From the NCBI RefSeq assembly GCF_044704955.1, contig NC_091980.1, positions 86,180,001 through 86,244,000 on the forward strand: DNA of 64,000 bases. The letters run 5' to 3'. Shown in pieces: positions 12,296-25,860 of this stretch. Position 1 is the stretch's first letter; every line of letters starts with the position of its first letter. This DNA is from Pristiophorus japonicus (Eukaryota). The translations under genes and the position numbers were made by a program. The notes beneath the pieces were generated by a model. It had not been told where the DNA came from and did not search any database. It saw nothing but the letters and a program-made list of their open reading frames with translations.

Positions 12296-13348
12296 AAATG
12301 GCATTTCTTCCCCTTAATGCCGATGACTGTCAGATATTTTTTGTGTAAGAATGCCTTGTGATAACTGGAAGTGCTTCACAAACAAATTAATACCAGAGGG
12401 ACTTGCTGAAAGATTCTGAAGCAAAAGACTGATAAAGAAACCAAATCCCTGATTGAACCAGGTTGCACAAGAGGTACAAAACACTGATTGTTTTTGCAGC
12501 TGTACTGATATAAAGGTTAGCAGCGAAACTCAGGGCTGAGATTCAGCTAAACCCCTGAGTGAAAGATACAACAATAAAAATGCAGAATCGTGCCAAGACA
12601 CAGCAGTAGCTTCAGTTTGTCATTAAAGTTAAGACTTTAAATTTAAACAATGTATTATGTGAGAATTATTTTGTATGTGTGCACTGCCACTTATGGCAGA
12701 TCATTATTGGTCACTTATGACAATGAGTGCACAGTGGAGGAATTCTAAATTCATCCAATATTTCATGCCAGTTACCAATGCAGGGGTGTTAACTTTTGTA
12801 CCTTACCAAGGAATTCCAACATCCATTCTTCATCATTTAACTGTTACAAACCAAGAGCAACTATGTTAATTCCACCTTACTGGAGAAGGTCGACATTCTA
12901 GGCTTTTGAGTTATGGCAAAAATCCACGAATCTCTCAATGTGAAGAGTGGAAATTAACTACTTTGGTTACTACTTGTACTTCATCAGATAGTTTTTCTTT
13001 TCTTCCTTCAATAAATGTGTTTTCTTGTTAAACCGAGTTTAGTTAGTTGTGGAGAATAAAGAGATTTCAAATTCCTCAATTCTGTGTGGTCAGCAGTATA
13101 TGTGATAATTTCCATCCATAACCAATTCTTCAGTGCATGTGCAGTGTTCCCCATACATAGAATGATATGGAACATATACATCTGCAGTAGTTGACATTTC
13201 CCCCCATTGTCTGTGAAAAGCAGGCTGGGGTGGGAGGGGTTCCATTTCAAATATTTTCTTCAAATTCTCCCATATTTTCTTTTAATGAGTAAACCATTTG
13301 GAAACAGGATCCTCCAGTGACCTTGTGGTTTAGTAGTAAGCTGTATAT

Positions 13349-13430
13349 AGAAACATAGAACATAGAAAATAGGTGCAGGAGCAGGCCATTCGGCCCTTCG
13401 AGCATGCACCACCATTCAATAAGATCATGG
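13349..13430 (-). mobile_element. CR1/HER1 3' tail fragment
   Basis: TAGAAACATAGAACATAGAAAATAGGTGCAGGAG... is the reverse complement of the HER1 tail. Confidence 0.85.
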
Positions 13431-13857
13431 CATTGATCACGTTCAATCAGCTCCGATGGACAGGCCACATTGTCCGCATGCCTGATACAAGACTCCAGAA
13501 GCAAGCACTCTACTCTGAGCTCTGCCACAGCAAGCGAGCCCCAAGAGGGCAGAGAAAACGCTTCAAAGACACCCTCAAAGCCTCCTTGAAAAAATGGAAC
13601 ATCCCCACCAACTCTTGGGAATCCTGGCCCAAGACCGCTCAAAGTGGGGGAGAAGCATCCGAGAACACGCCGAATACTTCAAGTCTCTTCGTCGGGAGCA
13701 TGCCGAAGCCAAGTACAAACAGCCGAACGAGCGTACGACAAACCAAGCACCCCACCCACCCCCACACCCCTTCAACCACCACCTGCCCACCTGTGACATC
13801 TGTCACCTTAGAACCTATATTAGTGTGGAAGCAAGTCATCCTAAGAAGAAGAGGATG
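13431..13857 (+). mobile_element. RTE-clade LINE 3' fragment with (GAA)n tail
   Basis: QLRWTGHIVRMPDTRLQKQALYSEL...RKRFKDTLKASL. Confidence 0.85.
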
Positions 13858-14138
13858 TAAAAGATCCCACGGCATTATTGGAAGAAGAGCAGGGGAGTTC
13901 TGCCTGGTGCCCTGGCTAATATTTATCTCTCAACCAACATCACTAAAAAAAAAAAAATTGTTTGGTCACTATCACAATGCTGTTTGTGAGAGCTTGCTCT
14001 GCACAAATTGGTTGCTGCGTTTCCTACATTACAACAGTGACTACACTTTTTTAAAAAAAGTACTTAATTGGCTGCGAAATGCTACGGGACATCCTGAGGA
14101 CGTGAAAGGCGCAATATAAATGCAAGTCTTTCTTTCTT
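13858..14138 (+). mobile_element. Deu-domain SINE (SacSINE1/AmnSINE-like) 3' part
   Basis: AAAAGATCCCACGGCA...GCTTGCT.TGCACAAATTGG.TGC.GCGTTTCCTACATTACAACAGTGACTACACTT core and ATAAATGCAAGTCTTTCTTT tail. Confidence 0.75.
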
Positions 14139-15132
14139 AAAAGATATCAGTGACCAATCTGCCCCTTGAGAGTGGATTGGTCACCACACTCTCTCTTCCC
14201 CCTCCCCCGACCGGTTTCCATTAAAAGTTGTGGACATGGGCGGGTTGGGGTCGGATTTGAAAGTTTTAAAATTTATACTTCTCATCTGACCCAAACCCAA
14301 ACGTTCTTGAGGGTTAAAATTACCTCCATGGTCTCTGCTGATGCAGCGGGTCTTGGGTGTAGAAGTAGGAATACTGCACAGGAGGGTAAAATTCAAGCAC
14401 GGTTCCACTCCTAACTACTATCTAATGATCCTTCCTGGACAGTTTACATGTGTAACTAATTAGAAGAGCAGAATTGCTCTCAGCTGTGACCCTCCGTGGT
14501 GAAATCGCCTGCTGATTCTCACTGTCTAGGCTCACAGAAAGATTGGAAATGAGCTGGATAAAGGTGGGCTGTTGGCACCCATGAGCCATGCATCAGTAAG
14601 GGTCAGTACTGAGGCTGATTTGCCTCTTCTGGTGCAAACACATCTAAACTGCGAAGGAGTAGTACTAATCCCAGCTGAATCTATTGTAAAAACCCAACTG
14701 GCTCATTAATGGGTAAAACAACAGAAGATCAGTGGGAGATGTTTAACAAAGAATTTAATGTGATACAGAACCAATTTATACCTCTGAGGGGCAAGAGCTC
14801 TACATGTCAAAAAAAACAGCCATGGATAACTAAAGAGGTAAGGGACAGCATAAAATTAAAGGTAAGGGCATACAAAAATGCAAAAAAATAGCACAGATCC
14901 TGTCAAATGGGAAAGATGCAAAGAACAGCAAAGGATCACAAAACAGATAGTAAAAGCTATAAAAAGGGAGTATGAAAAGAAACTTGCAAGTGATACCAAA
15001 ATCAATGTGAAGAATTTTTACAATTATATTAGGAAAAGAGGGTGGTCAAGAGCAATGTTGGCCCTTAAAAACTGAAAGTGGTGATATTGTCAATGACAAT
15101 GGGGAAATGGCAGACATGTTGAATAATTACTT

Positions 15133-15222
15133 TAGAAACATAGAAACATAGAAAATAGGTGCAGGAGTAGGCCATTCGGCCCTTTGAGCCTGCACCACCA
15201 TTCAATAAGATCATGGCTGATC
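15133..15222 (-). mobile_element. CR1/HER1 3' tail fragment
   Basis: (TAGAAACA)2 TAGAAAATAGGTGCAGGAG...GATCATGGCTGATC. Confidence 0.85.
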
Positions 15223-16616
15223 TTTTATTTGCTGTATTTGCTGTGGAGGAAGAGGATATCATGCTGGAAACCCATGGAAACTAATATCAAACCGGGTAAG
15301 GGACTCAATAAAATTAACATAAGTAAATTAACTGTAATGAAGAAAATAATGGCACTATAGAGTGACAAATCCCCAGGGCCAGATGGTTTCTATTCCAGAG
15401 TTTTAAAGGAAGTAGGTGAGCACATTGCCGATGCCCTAGCTATAATCTTCCAAAGTTCTCTCGATTCAGGAACCATCCCTTTAGATTGGAAAATTGTGCA
15501 TGTCAATCTGCTTTTTAAGAATGGTGAGAGAGGGAAACCAGGGAATTATAGACCAGTTAGCCTAACAGCTGTTGTCAGGAAATTGCTAGAGTCTATAATT
15601 AAGGATAAGGTGACTGAACACCTCAAAACTGTTCAGTTGATCAGAGAGAGCCAGCATGGATTTATGAAAGCTAGCTCATACTTGACAAACCCGATTGAAT
15701 TTTTTGAAGAGGTGACTAAAGCGGTGGACAGAATAATGACTATGGATGTTATTTATCGGGACTTCCAGAAGGCATTTGATACAGTCCCATATAAGAGACT
15801 GTTATCTCAGGTAGAAGCCAAGGAATCAAGGGAAAATTATTGAACTGGTCAGGAAATTGGTTGAGCAGCAGGAGACAGTGAGTAGGAATAACTGGTAGGT
15901 ACTCAAATTGGCAGGAGCTGACTAGTGGTGTCCGCAGGGATCTGTGTTGAGGCTACAACTATTCACAATATTCATTAATGATTTAGATGATGGCATAGAA
16001 AGTCATATACCCAAATTTGCCGATGATGCAAAGATAGGCGGCATTGTAGGCAGAGTAGATGAAAGCATAAAATTACAAAGGGATATTGATAGATTAAGTG
16101 AATGGGCAAAACTGTGGCAAATGGATTTAGTGTAAGCACATGTGAGGTCATCCACTTTGGACTTAAAAAGGATAGAACAGGGTACTTTCTAAATGGTAAA
16201 AAGCTAAAAACAGTGGATGACCAAAGGGACTTGGGGGTCCAGGTACATAGGTCATTAAAATGTCATGAACAGGTACAGAAAATAATCAAAAAAGCTAATG
16301 GAATGCTGACCTTTATATCTAGAGGACTAGAATACAAGGGGGTAGAAGTTATGCTGCAGCTATACAAAATCCGGGTTAGACCACATCTGGAGTACTTGTG
16401 AGCAGTTCTGGGCACCACACCTTAGGAAGGATATATTGGCTTTGGAAGGAGTGCAGCATAGGTTTACCAGAATGATACCCAGAATTCAAGGGTTAAGTTA
16501 TGAGGAGAGATTACACAAATTAGAGTTGTATTCCCTAGAATTTAGAAGGTTAAGGGGTGATCTGATTGAAGTTTTCAGGATATTAAGGGGAACAGATATG
16601 GAAGATAGAGAGAAAC

Positions 16617-19600
16617 TGTTATGTATGTAAACCTCACCAATGTGTAAGACTTGCCACCAGGAGGCACACCTGTGGGAGACCTAAGGGTCACCTGTGCACC
16701 CTGGGCAGGCAGGTATAAAAGGTAATCTACCATGCTGCTTCCTCATTCTGGGGTCACAATAAAGAGACCAAGGTCACAACAGTTTGAGCTGAAGATGTAC
16801 AGTCTTACGGAGTTATTCTAACAATTGCCGATGAGTAACAGATCACAAACTTTCACGCAGTTATGGCTGCTGTTGGTATTCTTGAGAGATTTGTTGAGGG
16901 TAATGATTGGGAAGCCTTCATTGAGCATCTTGACCAGTACTTCGTGGCCAACGAGCTGGAAAAGGAAGAAACCGTGGTCAAGCGCAGGGTGATTCTCCTC
17001 ACCGTTTGCATGTTCACAATATATGGCCTCATCAAAAGTCTGCTAGCACCGACGAAACCAACGGATAAGACAATGAAGAGCTGTGCACGCTAGTTCGGGA
17101 ACATCTCAAGCCGAAGGAGAGCATGTTGATGGTCAGGTATCGCTTTTATACGCACCACCGCTCCGAGGGCCAGGACGTGGCGAGCTATGTCGCCGACCTA
17201 AGACACCTTGCGGGACTGTGCGTATTTGCTGGATTTTTGGGGAAGTGTTGCGGGACTTTTTTGTGCTTGGAATCGGCCACGAGGTCATTCTTCTCAAACT
17301 GCTGTCTGCTGAATCCCTAGATCTGAGCAAGGCCATCGCGATAGCCCAGACTTTTATGTCCACGAACGATAACCCTAAACAGATATTGCAGCATCAGAAC
17401 TCACCGTCAAGTACTGTGCATAAAATAATGCTTTCAGCAGGCAGAACTGGACATGGCAGGGCCTACACGTCTGCAGAGGCCAGACCTAGGATGACTCAGA
17501 GCCCACCGTGGGGCGTGAATGCGAATCCATTAGCACCATGTTGCCGCTGCGGGAGTAATCATCGAGCCCATCAATGTCGATTCAAGCACAACGTGTGCAA
17601 GGGCTGTGGAACAATGGGGCACCTCCAGCGAATGTGCAAACGTGCTGCGATTCACCACGTGGCAAAGTCGGGAGAAGGTGACCGATCCAGCAGGGATCAC
17701 GCTGAACGAGCAGGAGAGGCAACTCCACCTGAGGATGAAGAGGAAGTGTATGGGATACACACCTTCGCCACCAAAAGCCTCCGATAATGTTAAATGTTAA
17801 ACTTAATGGCACTCCAGTCTCCATGGAATGGGGCACGGGGGCGAGTCAATCAATTATGAGACAGAAGGCATTTGAGAGGCTGTGGGGCGACAGAGCACAA
17901 CAACCCAAGCTGATCCCGATTCAGGCAAAGCTGCGCACCTACACTAAGGAACTGATACCAGTTATTGGTAGTGCAGACATAAGAGTATCCCATGAGGGAG
18001 CAGTGCACGATTTACCACTGTGGATTGTTTCAGGTGATGGGCCAACACTGCTTGGTAGAAGGTGGGTGGGGAAGATTCGATGGAACTGGGAAGACATCTG
18101 TGTACCTTCTCCGGCGAACGACGTCTCCCTTGCTCAAAGGCTGAGCAAGCCCCCACCTTTAGCTGAACCAGGCATCGAAGTGCAGATCTATTTGCAGATC
18201 CCTGTGGTACAGGCCGCTCATCACGACCACGAGGAGGTAAAGATCAACCAAGCAGCGGTACAGGCGCGGTACCCACCACCCGAAGCCGACGACCTCTTTG
18301 CAATGATGGAAGAGGCTCCAGATCAAATAAGCAGAGTGGGACTCCGGCCGAAACAATCCGAATGCGTCTTCCCGACGCCAGAGGTAAAATCCCTGGGGAG
18401 GAACATCGTGGCAGTCGGCATCACGGACACGGACGAGAGTGCGTCCAGACCACGGGACGAAAGTGTGTCCAGACCATGGGACGAGAGTGCGTCCAGACCA
18501 CGGGATGTCGCCGCAACGAAACAGAGGCATATGTTGTCCAGCAAGGAAGATGACTGAGCTTGGGGCAAAGATAAAGGAGCGGCCGCTGAGAAGGCCAGGA
18601 ACCCACTACGTTCCAATAAGTTGTTTGCACTGTGTAACCCATGTGAGCGCCCATTGGTGGCAAGCGATGTGTTATCACACGGGGTCGGGCATGTTGTACA
18701 GCAAGCCAAAATAGCTGGTGAACCCCAACCAGTTGTATATGTATCGAATAAAGTACTTGTAACAAGTGATGTGTTTTCACACAGGGTCGGACGTGTTATA
18801 CAGCAGGCCAAAGTAGCGGGCGAACCCCAACCGGTTGCACATGTATCCAATAAGTTAACCAAGACAGTAGCCTGCATTCACGGGACAAAAGAGACGCGCC
18901 AAAGAGTGTCCCAATATTTGCTCAAGTCAGACAAGCTGCCAATCTCACAGTTTTTGGAGAACAGAGGCACCAGTATCAATGCTTTGTCTCGAATAGATCT
19001 AACACTGTGTGTGCACTATAACGTGATCCGCCACAGGCCTTGCACTGAGAACGGCGCTAATGCCCTCAGTTGGCTACCGTTGCCGACCACGGGGTGGAAA
19101 CGGCGCAGCCCGCAGACCTGCTCATTATCATGGAAGTGCTAGACAGTGAGGGGTCAACTGCAACGGCTCCCCAGACTAGGACCTGGACCAGCCAGGATCT
19201 CATGTTATCACCTGCTAATGGCGAACCGCTAGACGGGGTGTTGCAGCTTATCCGTCGCAAGGATGTAATGCTCATCCCATCAGATTGGCCCCTATGGGGC
19301 AACCTTGCAACGTTGCAAAGAAAGGCAGGGAGGCTACACACAGTTGGTGGTCCTGGACCTCCATACCATGGCCCAGGATCCACGGGGACCAGGCGGCCTA
19401 CCGCCACTACTGAAAGTCTCAAGGCCATATCTGTCATCCTTAACTTGCCGGACCTTAGGATCAACGACAATAGTCCGGAGCGGGCAGCCCAAATCATAAA
19501 GCCGAACACCACACGTGTCACGGTAGTCTCCCTACTGACCCAACTATCCCGGGTGCTACGTAGTCACCAGACTGAATCACTTAGAACCGGACCTTCCGTA

Positions 19601-20285
19601 TGCTATCAGCAGAGAATGCACCATGATCGTACGGCTCCTCCACGCGACATCAGAATAAATGATGTAGACCATGATCATGGCCCCAGATGGGTTGCTAGCA
19701 CTGCATTAGCCAAAGAGGGGAATGGAGTGTTTGTGATGAAAATGCAGTGTTTGTTGTGAAACCATGTAATAGGCAAACGCAGAAAGCATGTGGACCAGAC
19801 TAAACTGCGAACTAATGATAACCAGGAATTACTTTGATAGGACCTGGCCCCCAGCGACTGACCAACACAATCGACCTCGCTGTCAACCACGAGGATGAAC
19901 TCACCTTGCTCGACAGTCCGATCAGACCAGCCGTGCGGCCATGCAGCAATGATCCGACCAACTCACCCATGCCAGGACTTCAACTCAGGCAATCGATCCG
20001 GGAACGCAGAGCGCCAGATCACCTCAATTTGTAAACAACTTGTACATAATTCTTTTGGGGTGGGAGTGATGTTATGTATGTAAACCTCACCAATGTGTAA
20101 GACTTGCCACTGGGGGGGGCACACCTGTGGGAGACCTAAGGGTCACCTGTGCATCCTGAGCAAGCAGGTATAAAAGGTAATTTACCATGCTGCTTCCTCA
20201 CTCTGGAGTCACAATAAAGAGACCAAGGTCACAATAGTTTGAGCTGAAGATGTACAGTCTTGTGGAGTTATTCTAAATGTAACCA
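16617..20285 (+). mobile_element. Gypsy LTR retrotransposon 1 (non-autonomous; RT core missing)
   Basis: LTRs 16617-16823 and 20070-20285, PBS-like TTGCCGATGAG, PPT GGGGTGGGAGTGA, AAAC target duplication. gag with two CCHC knuckles, protease remnant (GTGAS), rearranged RNaseH/IN remnants. Confidence 0.9.
18431..18504 (+). repeat. 3 x 24-bp in-frame tandem repeat inside Gypsy 1
   Basis: GGACGAGAGTGCGTCCAGACCACG x3, giving DESASRPR / DESVSRPW / DESASRPR. Confidence 0.9.
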
Positions 20286-21000
20286 AAACTATTTCAGCTG
20301 GTTGGGGATTCTAGGACTAGTGGGTATAGTCTAAAAATTAGAGACAGGCCTTTCAGGAGTGAAATTAGGAAACACTTCTACACACAAGGGTGGTAGAAGT
20401 TTAGAACTCTCTTCTGCAAATGCCAATTGATGTTAGATCAATTGTTAATTTTAAATCAGAGATTGATAGCTTTTTGTTAACCAAAGGCATTAAGGGGTAC
20501 AGGCCAAAGAAGTATATATGGAGTTGGATCACAGATCAGCCATGACCTCATTGAATGGTGGAACAGGTTTGAGGGGCTGAATGGTCTATTCCTGTTTCTA
20601 TGTTCCTAATGTCCTTCAAGGAAAGGAACCTGCTACCCCGAGCCAGTCTGGCCTACATGTAGTTCCAGTCCCACACTATGTGGTTGATTCTTAATTGCCT
20701 CAGGGCAACTAGGGATGGACAATAAATGTTCTGAAATTTGAGGGAATTCGAATCAGCAAAATTGAGTCCGGTGCTTTCAGAAGGGATGGGGTTGGGGCTA
20801 GAAATATGGTTGAACAATTCATTTGAGTGATACTGTCTTCTTTGGTTAAGACAATGCAGTCTATAGATACCAACTTGAGATATTCTGCCTTTAGCTGACT
20901 AGGAAAGCTGTGATCCTATTTTGTTAGTTTCACCTTTGTAATTTCACTCCAGTCTTGTGGATAGGGATCTACAGGACATTTAGATAACAAAAACGGTAAA

Positions 21001-22940
21001 TAGAAATATGGAAACATAGAAAATAGGTGCAGGAGTAGGCCATTCGGCCCTTCAACCTGCACTACCATTCAATAAGATCATGGCTGATCATTCCCTCAGT
21101 ACCCCTTTCCTGCTTTCTCTCCATACCCCTTGATCCCCTTAACCGTAAGTACCATATCTAACTCCCTCTTGAATATATCCAACGAACTGGCATCAACAAA
21201 TCTCTGCGGCAGAGAATTCCACAGGTTAACAACTCTCTGAGTGAAGAAGCTTCTCCTCATCTCAGTCCTAAATGGCCTACCCCTTATCCTAAGACCGTGT
21301 CCCCTGGTTCTGGACTTCCCCAACATCGGGAATATTCTACACGCATCTAACCTGTCCGGTCCCGTCAGAATCTTATATGTTTCTATGAGATCCCCTCTGA
21401 TCCTTCTAAACTCCAATGTATAAAGGCCAGTTGATCCAGTCTCTCTTCATATGTCAGTCCAGCCATCCCGGGAATCTGTCTGTTGAACCTTCGCTGCATT
21501 CCTTCAATAACAAGAACATCCTTCCTCAGATTGGGGGACCAAAACTGAACACAATATTCCAGGTGAGGCCTCACTAAGGCCCTGTACAATAGCAGTAAGA
21601 CCTCTCTGCTCCTATACTCAAATCCCCTAGCTATGAAGGCCAACATATCATTTGCCTTCTTCACCACCTGCTGTACCTGCATGCCAACCTTCAATGACTG
21701 ATGAACCATGACACCCAAGTCTCGTTGTACCTCCTCTTTTCCTAATCTGCCACCATTCAGATAATATTCTGTCTTCGCGCTTTTGCCACCAAAGTGGATA
21801 ACCTCACATTTATCCACATTATACTGCATCTACCATGCATTTGCCCACTCACCTAACCTGTCCAAGTCACCCTGCAGCCTCCTAGCGTCCCCCTCACAGC
21901 TCACACCGCCACCCAGTTGAGTGTCATCTGCAAACTTGGAGATATTACACTCAATTTCTTCATCCAAATCATTGATGTATATTGTAAAGAGCTGGGGTCC
22001 CAGCACTGAACCCTGCGGCACTCCACTAGTTACTGCCTGCCATTCTGAAAAGGACCCGTTTATCCTGACTCTCTGCTTCCTGTCTGCCAATCAGTTCTCT
22101 ATCCACGTCAGTATATTACCCCCAATACCATGTGCTTTGATTTTACACACCAATCTCTTGTGTGGGACCTTGGCAAAAGCCTTTTGAAAGTCCAAATACA
22201 CCACATTCACTGGTTCTCCCTTGTCCACTCTACTAGTTACATCCTCAAAAAATTTCAGAAGATTTGTCAAGCATGATTTCCCCTTCATAAATCCATGCTT
22301 ACTTGGACCGATCCTGTCACTGCTTTCCAAATGCGCTGCTATTTCATCCTTAATAATTGATTCCAACATTTTCCCCACTACTGATGTCAGGCTAACCAGT
22401 CCATAATTGCCCGCTTTCTCCCTCCCTTCCTTTTTAAAAAATGGTGTTACATTAGCTACCCTCCAGTCCATAGGAACTGATCCAGATAGACTGTTGAAAA
22501 TGATCCTCAATGCATCCACTATTTCTCGGGCCACTTCCTTAAGTACTCTGGGATGCAGACTATCAGGCTCCGGGGATTTATCGGCCTTCAATCCCATCAA
22601 TTTCCCTAATACAATTTCCCGACTAATAAGGATTTCCTTCAGTTCCTCCTTCTCACTAGACCCTCTGTCCCCTAGTACTTCCGGAAGGTTATTTGTGTCT
22701 TCCTTCATGAAGATAGAACCAAAGTATTTGTTCAATTGGTCTGCCATTTCTTTGCTTCCCATTACAAATTTGCCTGAATCCGACTGCAAGGGACCTACGT
22801 TTGTCTTCACTAATCTTTTTCTCTTCATATATCTATAGAAACTTTTGCAGTCAGTTTTTATGTTCCCGGCAAGCTTCGTCTCGTACTCTATTTTCCCCCT
22901 CCTAATTAAACCCTTTGTTCTTCTCTGCTGAATTCTAAAT
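21001..22940 (-). mobile_element. CR1/HER1 LINE, 5'-truncated RT half
   Basis: Minus-strand ORF pieces with DFQKAF, GVPQGSVLGP, KFADDT, RPHLEYC; HER1 tail at 21001-21090. Confidence 0.92.
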
Positions 22941-25461
22941 AGCTAATGGTTGAAAATAATAATGCTGAAGTTAGAAAATGGAGTGCAGCTGCGAATGCTT
23001 ACATGCTTAAGGTTTAAAAAAGGCTTGAATTTCCTCGATGGCTCTTGGGTACATGCACTACGTAATGTGGAACTAAGTCATAACAGACCCGGAAGGTTCA
23101 ATCCCTGATCTCAGCTGGTCGGTATGGCCCAGCTCCACATTGGATCATGCATTTTCCAACTGAGCAACCAAAATAGTTTAATTATACTTCTGTAGATAGG
23201 ATATCAGCTGGGGAACACTTTGATATTCGACTTATGAGGCTGACTTGTACATTTTACTCATAACCCTGTCACTCGTCAGCATGAGGTCAGTCTTTCTCTT
23301 GTAATAATACTCTTGTTTTCCAGGCAGTCTTACTATGTTTTTGTGGGGGTCAATGAAAGGCCAATTTATAATTGTTAATTGTATCTATAAAAAATTTAGG
23401 AAATTTGTAAAAATGGATTATCATTTTGGAATTCTGTGTTGATTTGTTTTATATTATGTCAGTTAATGTAACGTACTGACTACGTTGCTAGACTTGGATA
23501 TTCAGTGCACACATACAAGGATAAAGAATTAGCAGTATATCATAAGACTATTACTGAATGCTTGTAGTATTCAACAACTTTATAAAAGGATGTTTTGTAG
23601 AAGTAAATTCAGCCTCAGGATATATTGTGGGGGAGGGAATGAGGAGGGGTCACAGATCCTGTGAATAAGGTTAAATTATTGGCAGGAGGCAAGAGAGCAT
23701 AATCTCAGCCAGAGTTTCATTAACACAGCTTAATGCGATAGTTTTAATTGAGAAAATGTGAGTAATTGCCTGGATCTCCTGCTGTGTGGGCTGTTGAAAT
23801 CAAGTTGTCAAGGCATGATTGAAGTCTTCATCAGCCATTGCATTTCCACACCCAAAAAAACAAGTCAAAAGTTATTTTGCTCTCCCTCTTTGATAATCAG
23901 TAATTTCCACGCTCTACTGCTCTGGCAAAGCCACTGCTTCGAATGTTGAGTAATGTCGCAGTGGCAGCGGGAGGTTCCTGTGGCTAGGATGGAAACAATG
24001 CCAATTTATGCTGCTTTAGCACAGCTCCTCTCGAAGACCAAACATTTGCACATAGTGTACCTGGAGTGGGACTTGAGAGAAATTAAAAAGCCTAAACCAC
24101 CCAAATGGAACTTATTCATTGCTGTCTGATTTAAAATGGTCATGGTGGGAGGGTTGTCTTTTAGCAACGTAAACTCAGTGAGAATATCGTAGCCGGATTC
24201 CAGGTAAGTTTGACAGCCATGAGTTCCACTTGGGTGGATGCCTCAAACCTGGGGTACTGGTGTGCCAGCTCCAATGAAACACATGGACCTAACATAGAAT
24301 AGTAGGTGAAGCAGATACCCAGCCAGAGTAGTAAATGCTGTGTTGAATAATTCCTTTAGAAAACAATTGATAAATGCCTGGTCAGGAATGGAATTGAAGG
24401 TTATGGGGATAATTCTAGGTATAGATAACCAAATACGCTAAAGGATATGATAGGATGATTTTTTTGTTCCAGGCACTAAAACAGCACAACTGGAGTACAG
24501 CAAGCTTTACGTTCCCTGTTTTGCCACATGTCAACTTCACTGAATTTCCTCTGGTTGCCTTGCTTCATTTATGCAGTTGGGCCCTCAAACCATACTGAGG
24601 TTCACACCCGGAGTTTGTAGGAGAGGGAGTGTGGCGCAGCAAATCACATTGTGGGAAAATTAAATGGAAAAGATAAATGGCAGATTATGTGGGAACATAA
24701 ATTGGAAAACCCTTTTTATCTTTCTGCCCCAGACATCGGGAAAATCTTTATAAAGACTGTATGGGTAATAAAAACAAGTGGCTGTCAAAATATATATGGA
24801 GGCAGGTAATGGAGTCTCTGGGCACGTTTTAGAGAAGTCCAGCAGCTGACCTCTAGCTTGATGGCTGGTTAGGTGGATTAGCTGCTGCATGGCGGAGACA
24901 TAACAAAGCTCTGGTTGCTTTTCCAGGACAGTATTGTAAAATGGATGGCAGGAGGTGATGCCTAGGCTCAAGTTTGTATGCACAACGCACAAGACCAGGA
25001 AACAGAAGCAGAAGAAGATGGGAAGACCTTAGGTAAGCCTACCCAACACTCCTGGATACCAGGCTCAAGTATGCACAGTAAAGGGGGCTGCAGGCAACCT
25101 GGTGCACATTTATTGCCCTTTTTTTATACTTCGAGAAATGCAGAAGTAAAATGACTGATATCCAGGCCCCCACCCCAAACAGGCAGCAGTCAATGAATCA
25201 CGCTGGCTGCATACCTGACTCATGATAATAAGTAGGCAGCACAAACATTACTTGTTGCCTGGGACAACACTAAGAGGTGCGTGATATACATGCCCCTCTC
25301 CCTGCGTGCATGTTTTGGGGTTCAATCAAATGTCTAGGCCATGGTTTCAATTCTCTTTTGTTATGTTAATAATGACAAACATGGACAATGAATGAAATAT
25401 CACAGGAAAGGCAATCATTTTCCAAAAGGCATAATTTGAATACCTTTCTTCTCCTATCATA

Positions 25462-25860
25462 GAAATCATAAAATTCTGGCACTCAAAGAGGCCATTCAGC
25501 TGATTGTGCCCGTGCTGATGATAGCTCTTCACCGCGAACTGTCTGCTCTAATCCCTTTTCACTTCCTTTTCCCCATATCTTTTATTTTCTTCCTTTTCAA
25601 ATATTTATCTACATCCCTTTTAAATTATATTATAGCCTCTGCCCGAATAACCACATCTGCTAAAGTATTCCATGTTCCACTAAACGTCTGTGAAAAAATT
25701 CTTTTAACTTCTCCCTTCCTTCCAATGATAATCCTGAGTCTATGGCTCCTTGTTACTTAGTCACCAACCAGTGGAAAGAATCTTTCAATATTTACCTTCT
25801 CAAAACCTTTCATAATTTTGAAAACCTCTATTAGATCCTCCTGCAATATCCTCCTTTCAG
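25462..25860 (-). mobile_element. Old CR1 3' fragment
   Basis: ATCATAGAAATCATA tail, GGCCATTCAGC stem and degenerate RT C-terminus. Confidence 0.55.

Larger units (their letters stand above)
14690..20608 (+). mobile_element. 5'-truncated CR1 LINE (RT region), split by a Gypsy insertion at 16617-20285 and a HER1 tail at 15133-15222
   Basis: NYRPVSLT, QHGF, DFQKAFD, KFADDAK, RPHLEY. Sequence ...GAGAGAAAC | TATTTC... resumes after the LTR element. Confidence 0.85.

Noticed and set aside
12860-13345. Possible decayed coding relic on the minus strand
   Set aside because: Stops in all frames and no recognisable motif.
13373-14119. 248-aa protein-coding gene
   Set aside because: Chance read-through of HER1 tail, RTE and SINE sequence.
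22941-25460. Host exons or RNA genes in the least repetitive stretch
   Set aside because: No convincing ORF, splice pattern or RNA fold; only small SINE/CR1 remnants.
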